Shown here: piece by piece, positions 63,620-64,000 of the stretch
How positions within the stretch are numbered: the first letter of the stretch is position 1
Layout: every line of letters begins with the position of its first letter
Origin: Basidiobolus meristosporus CBS 931.73
Taxonomy: Eukaryota > Fungi > Basidiobolomycota
DNA length: 64,000 nt
Assembly (NCBI GenBank): GCA_002104905.1
Contig: MCFE01000344.1
Coordinates: forward strand, 26,565-90,564
Reading direction: 5' to 3'
Program-made: the position numbers and the translations under genes
Notes under the pieces: model-generated
The model's input: the letters and a program-made list of their open reading frames with translations, nothing else
Databases searched by the model: none
Told to the model about the DNA's origin: nothing

Positions 63620-63844
63620 ATCCAGAGTTTCAGCTTCAAATTTCAATTTTTGAGATTTTTGGGTGATTTTTGATGGGCGGGATCAAAATTAGGGTTAGGG
63701 TTGCGCGCTGTGACTGCTTTTTACGATCGCAAGGTCAGAACCTAGGAAAAAATAAAAATAGTTAGTAAAGGTGATTTAATGGATGGATGGATGGATTCGG
63801 AGTCAGATTCAATCAAAAAATCAAATCGTTGACTAATTTAAAGA

Positions 63845-64000
63845 GGTTAGGGTTAGGGTTAGGGTTAGGGTTAGGGTTAGGGTTAGGGTTAGGGTTAGGG
63901 TTAGGGTTAGGGTTAGGTTAGGGTTAGGGTTAGGGTTAGGGTTAGGGTTAGGGTTAGGGTTAGGGTTAGGGTTAGGGTTAGGGTTAGGTTAGGGTTAGGG
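63845..64000 (+). repeat. Terminal telomere (TTAGGG)n
   Basis: About 26 units running to the end of the window, G-rich strand pointing outward, with two TTAGG variants. Confidence 0.97.

Larger units (their letters stand above)
59284..63844 (-). mobile_element. Full-length telomere-embedded non-LTR retrotransposon (ORF1 + APE-RT ORF2), 5' end toward the chromosome tip
   Basis: Two long ORFs, no LTR and no poly(A). The 3' end merges into CCCTAA; the 5' end abuts the terminal repeat array. The 5' boundary could instead be 63688. Confidence 0.93.

Noticed and set aside
63911-63990. Two TTAGG variant units in the terminal array
   Set aside because: Cannot be told apart from homopolymer sequencing errors.

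Overview
Right-hand chromosome end of an intron-rich fungus. An early-diverging, Zoopagomycota/Mucoromycota-like host is inferred from gene content, not established. The window holds about 17 ordinary housekeeping/regulatory genes, interrupted by CpG-poor islands of one Ty1/Copia family. That family has two near-identical 4.69-kb elements with 350-bp LTRs, 5-bp TSDs and a half-tRNAiMet-type PBS, plus about a dozen solo, truncated or rearranged LTRs. The last ~6 kb is the main finding: a head-to-tail array of non-LTR retroelements set in short TTAGGG tracts and capped by the terminal (TTAGGG)n. It contains a full-length APE-endonuclease/RT element whose ORF1 and ORF2 are in frame across a single UGA-CUA, with only one CpG in 4.3 kb. 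It also contains a 5'-truncated copy and a 339-nt non-coding, hairpin-rich partner sharing the 3' end. Exon boundaries were read by eye; multi-exon genes are given as first-to-last coding base and relic boundaries are approximate.
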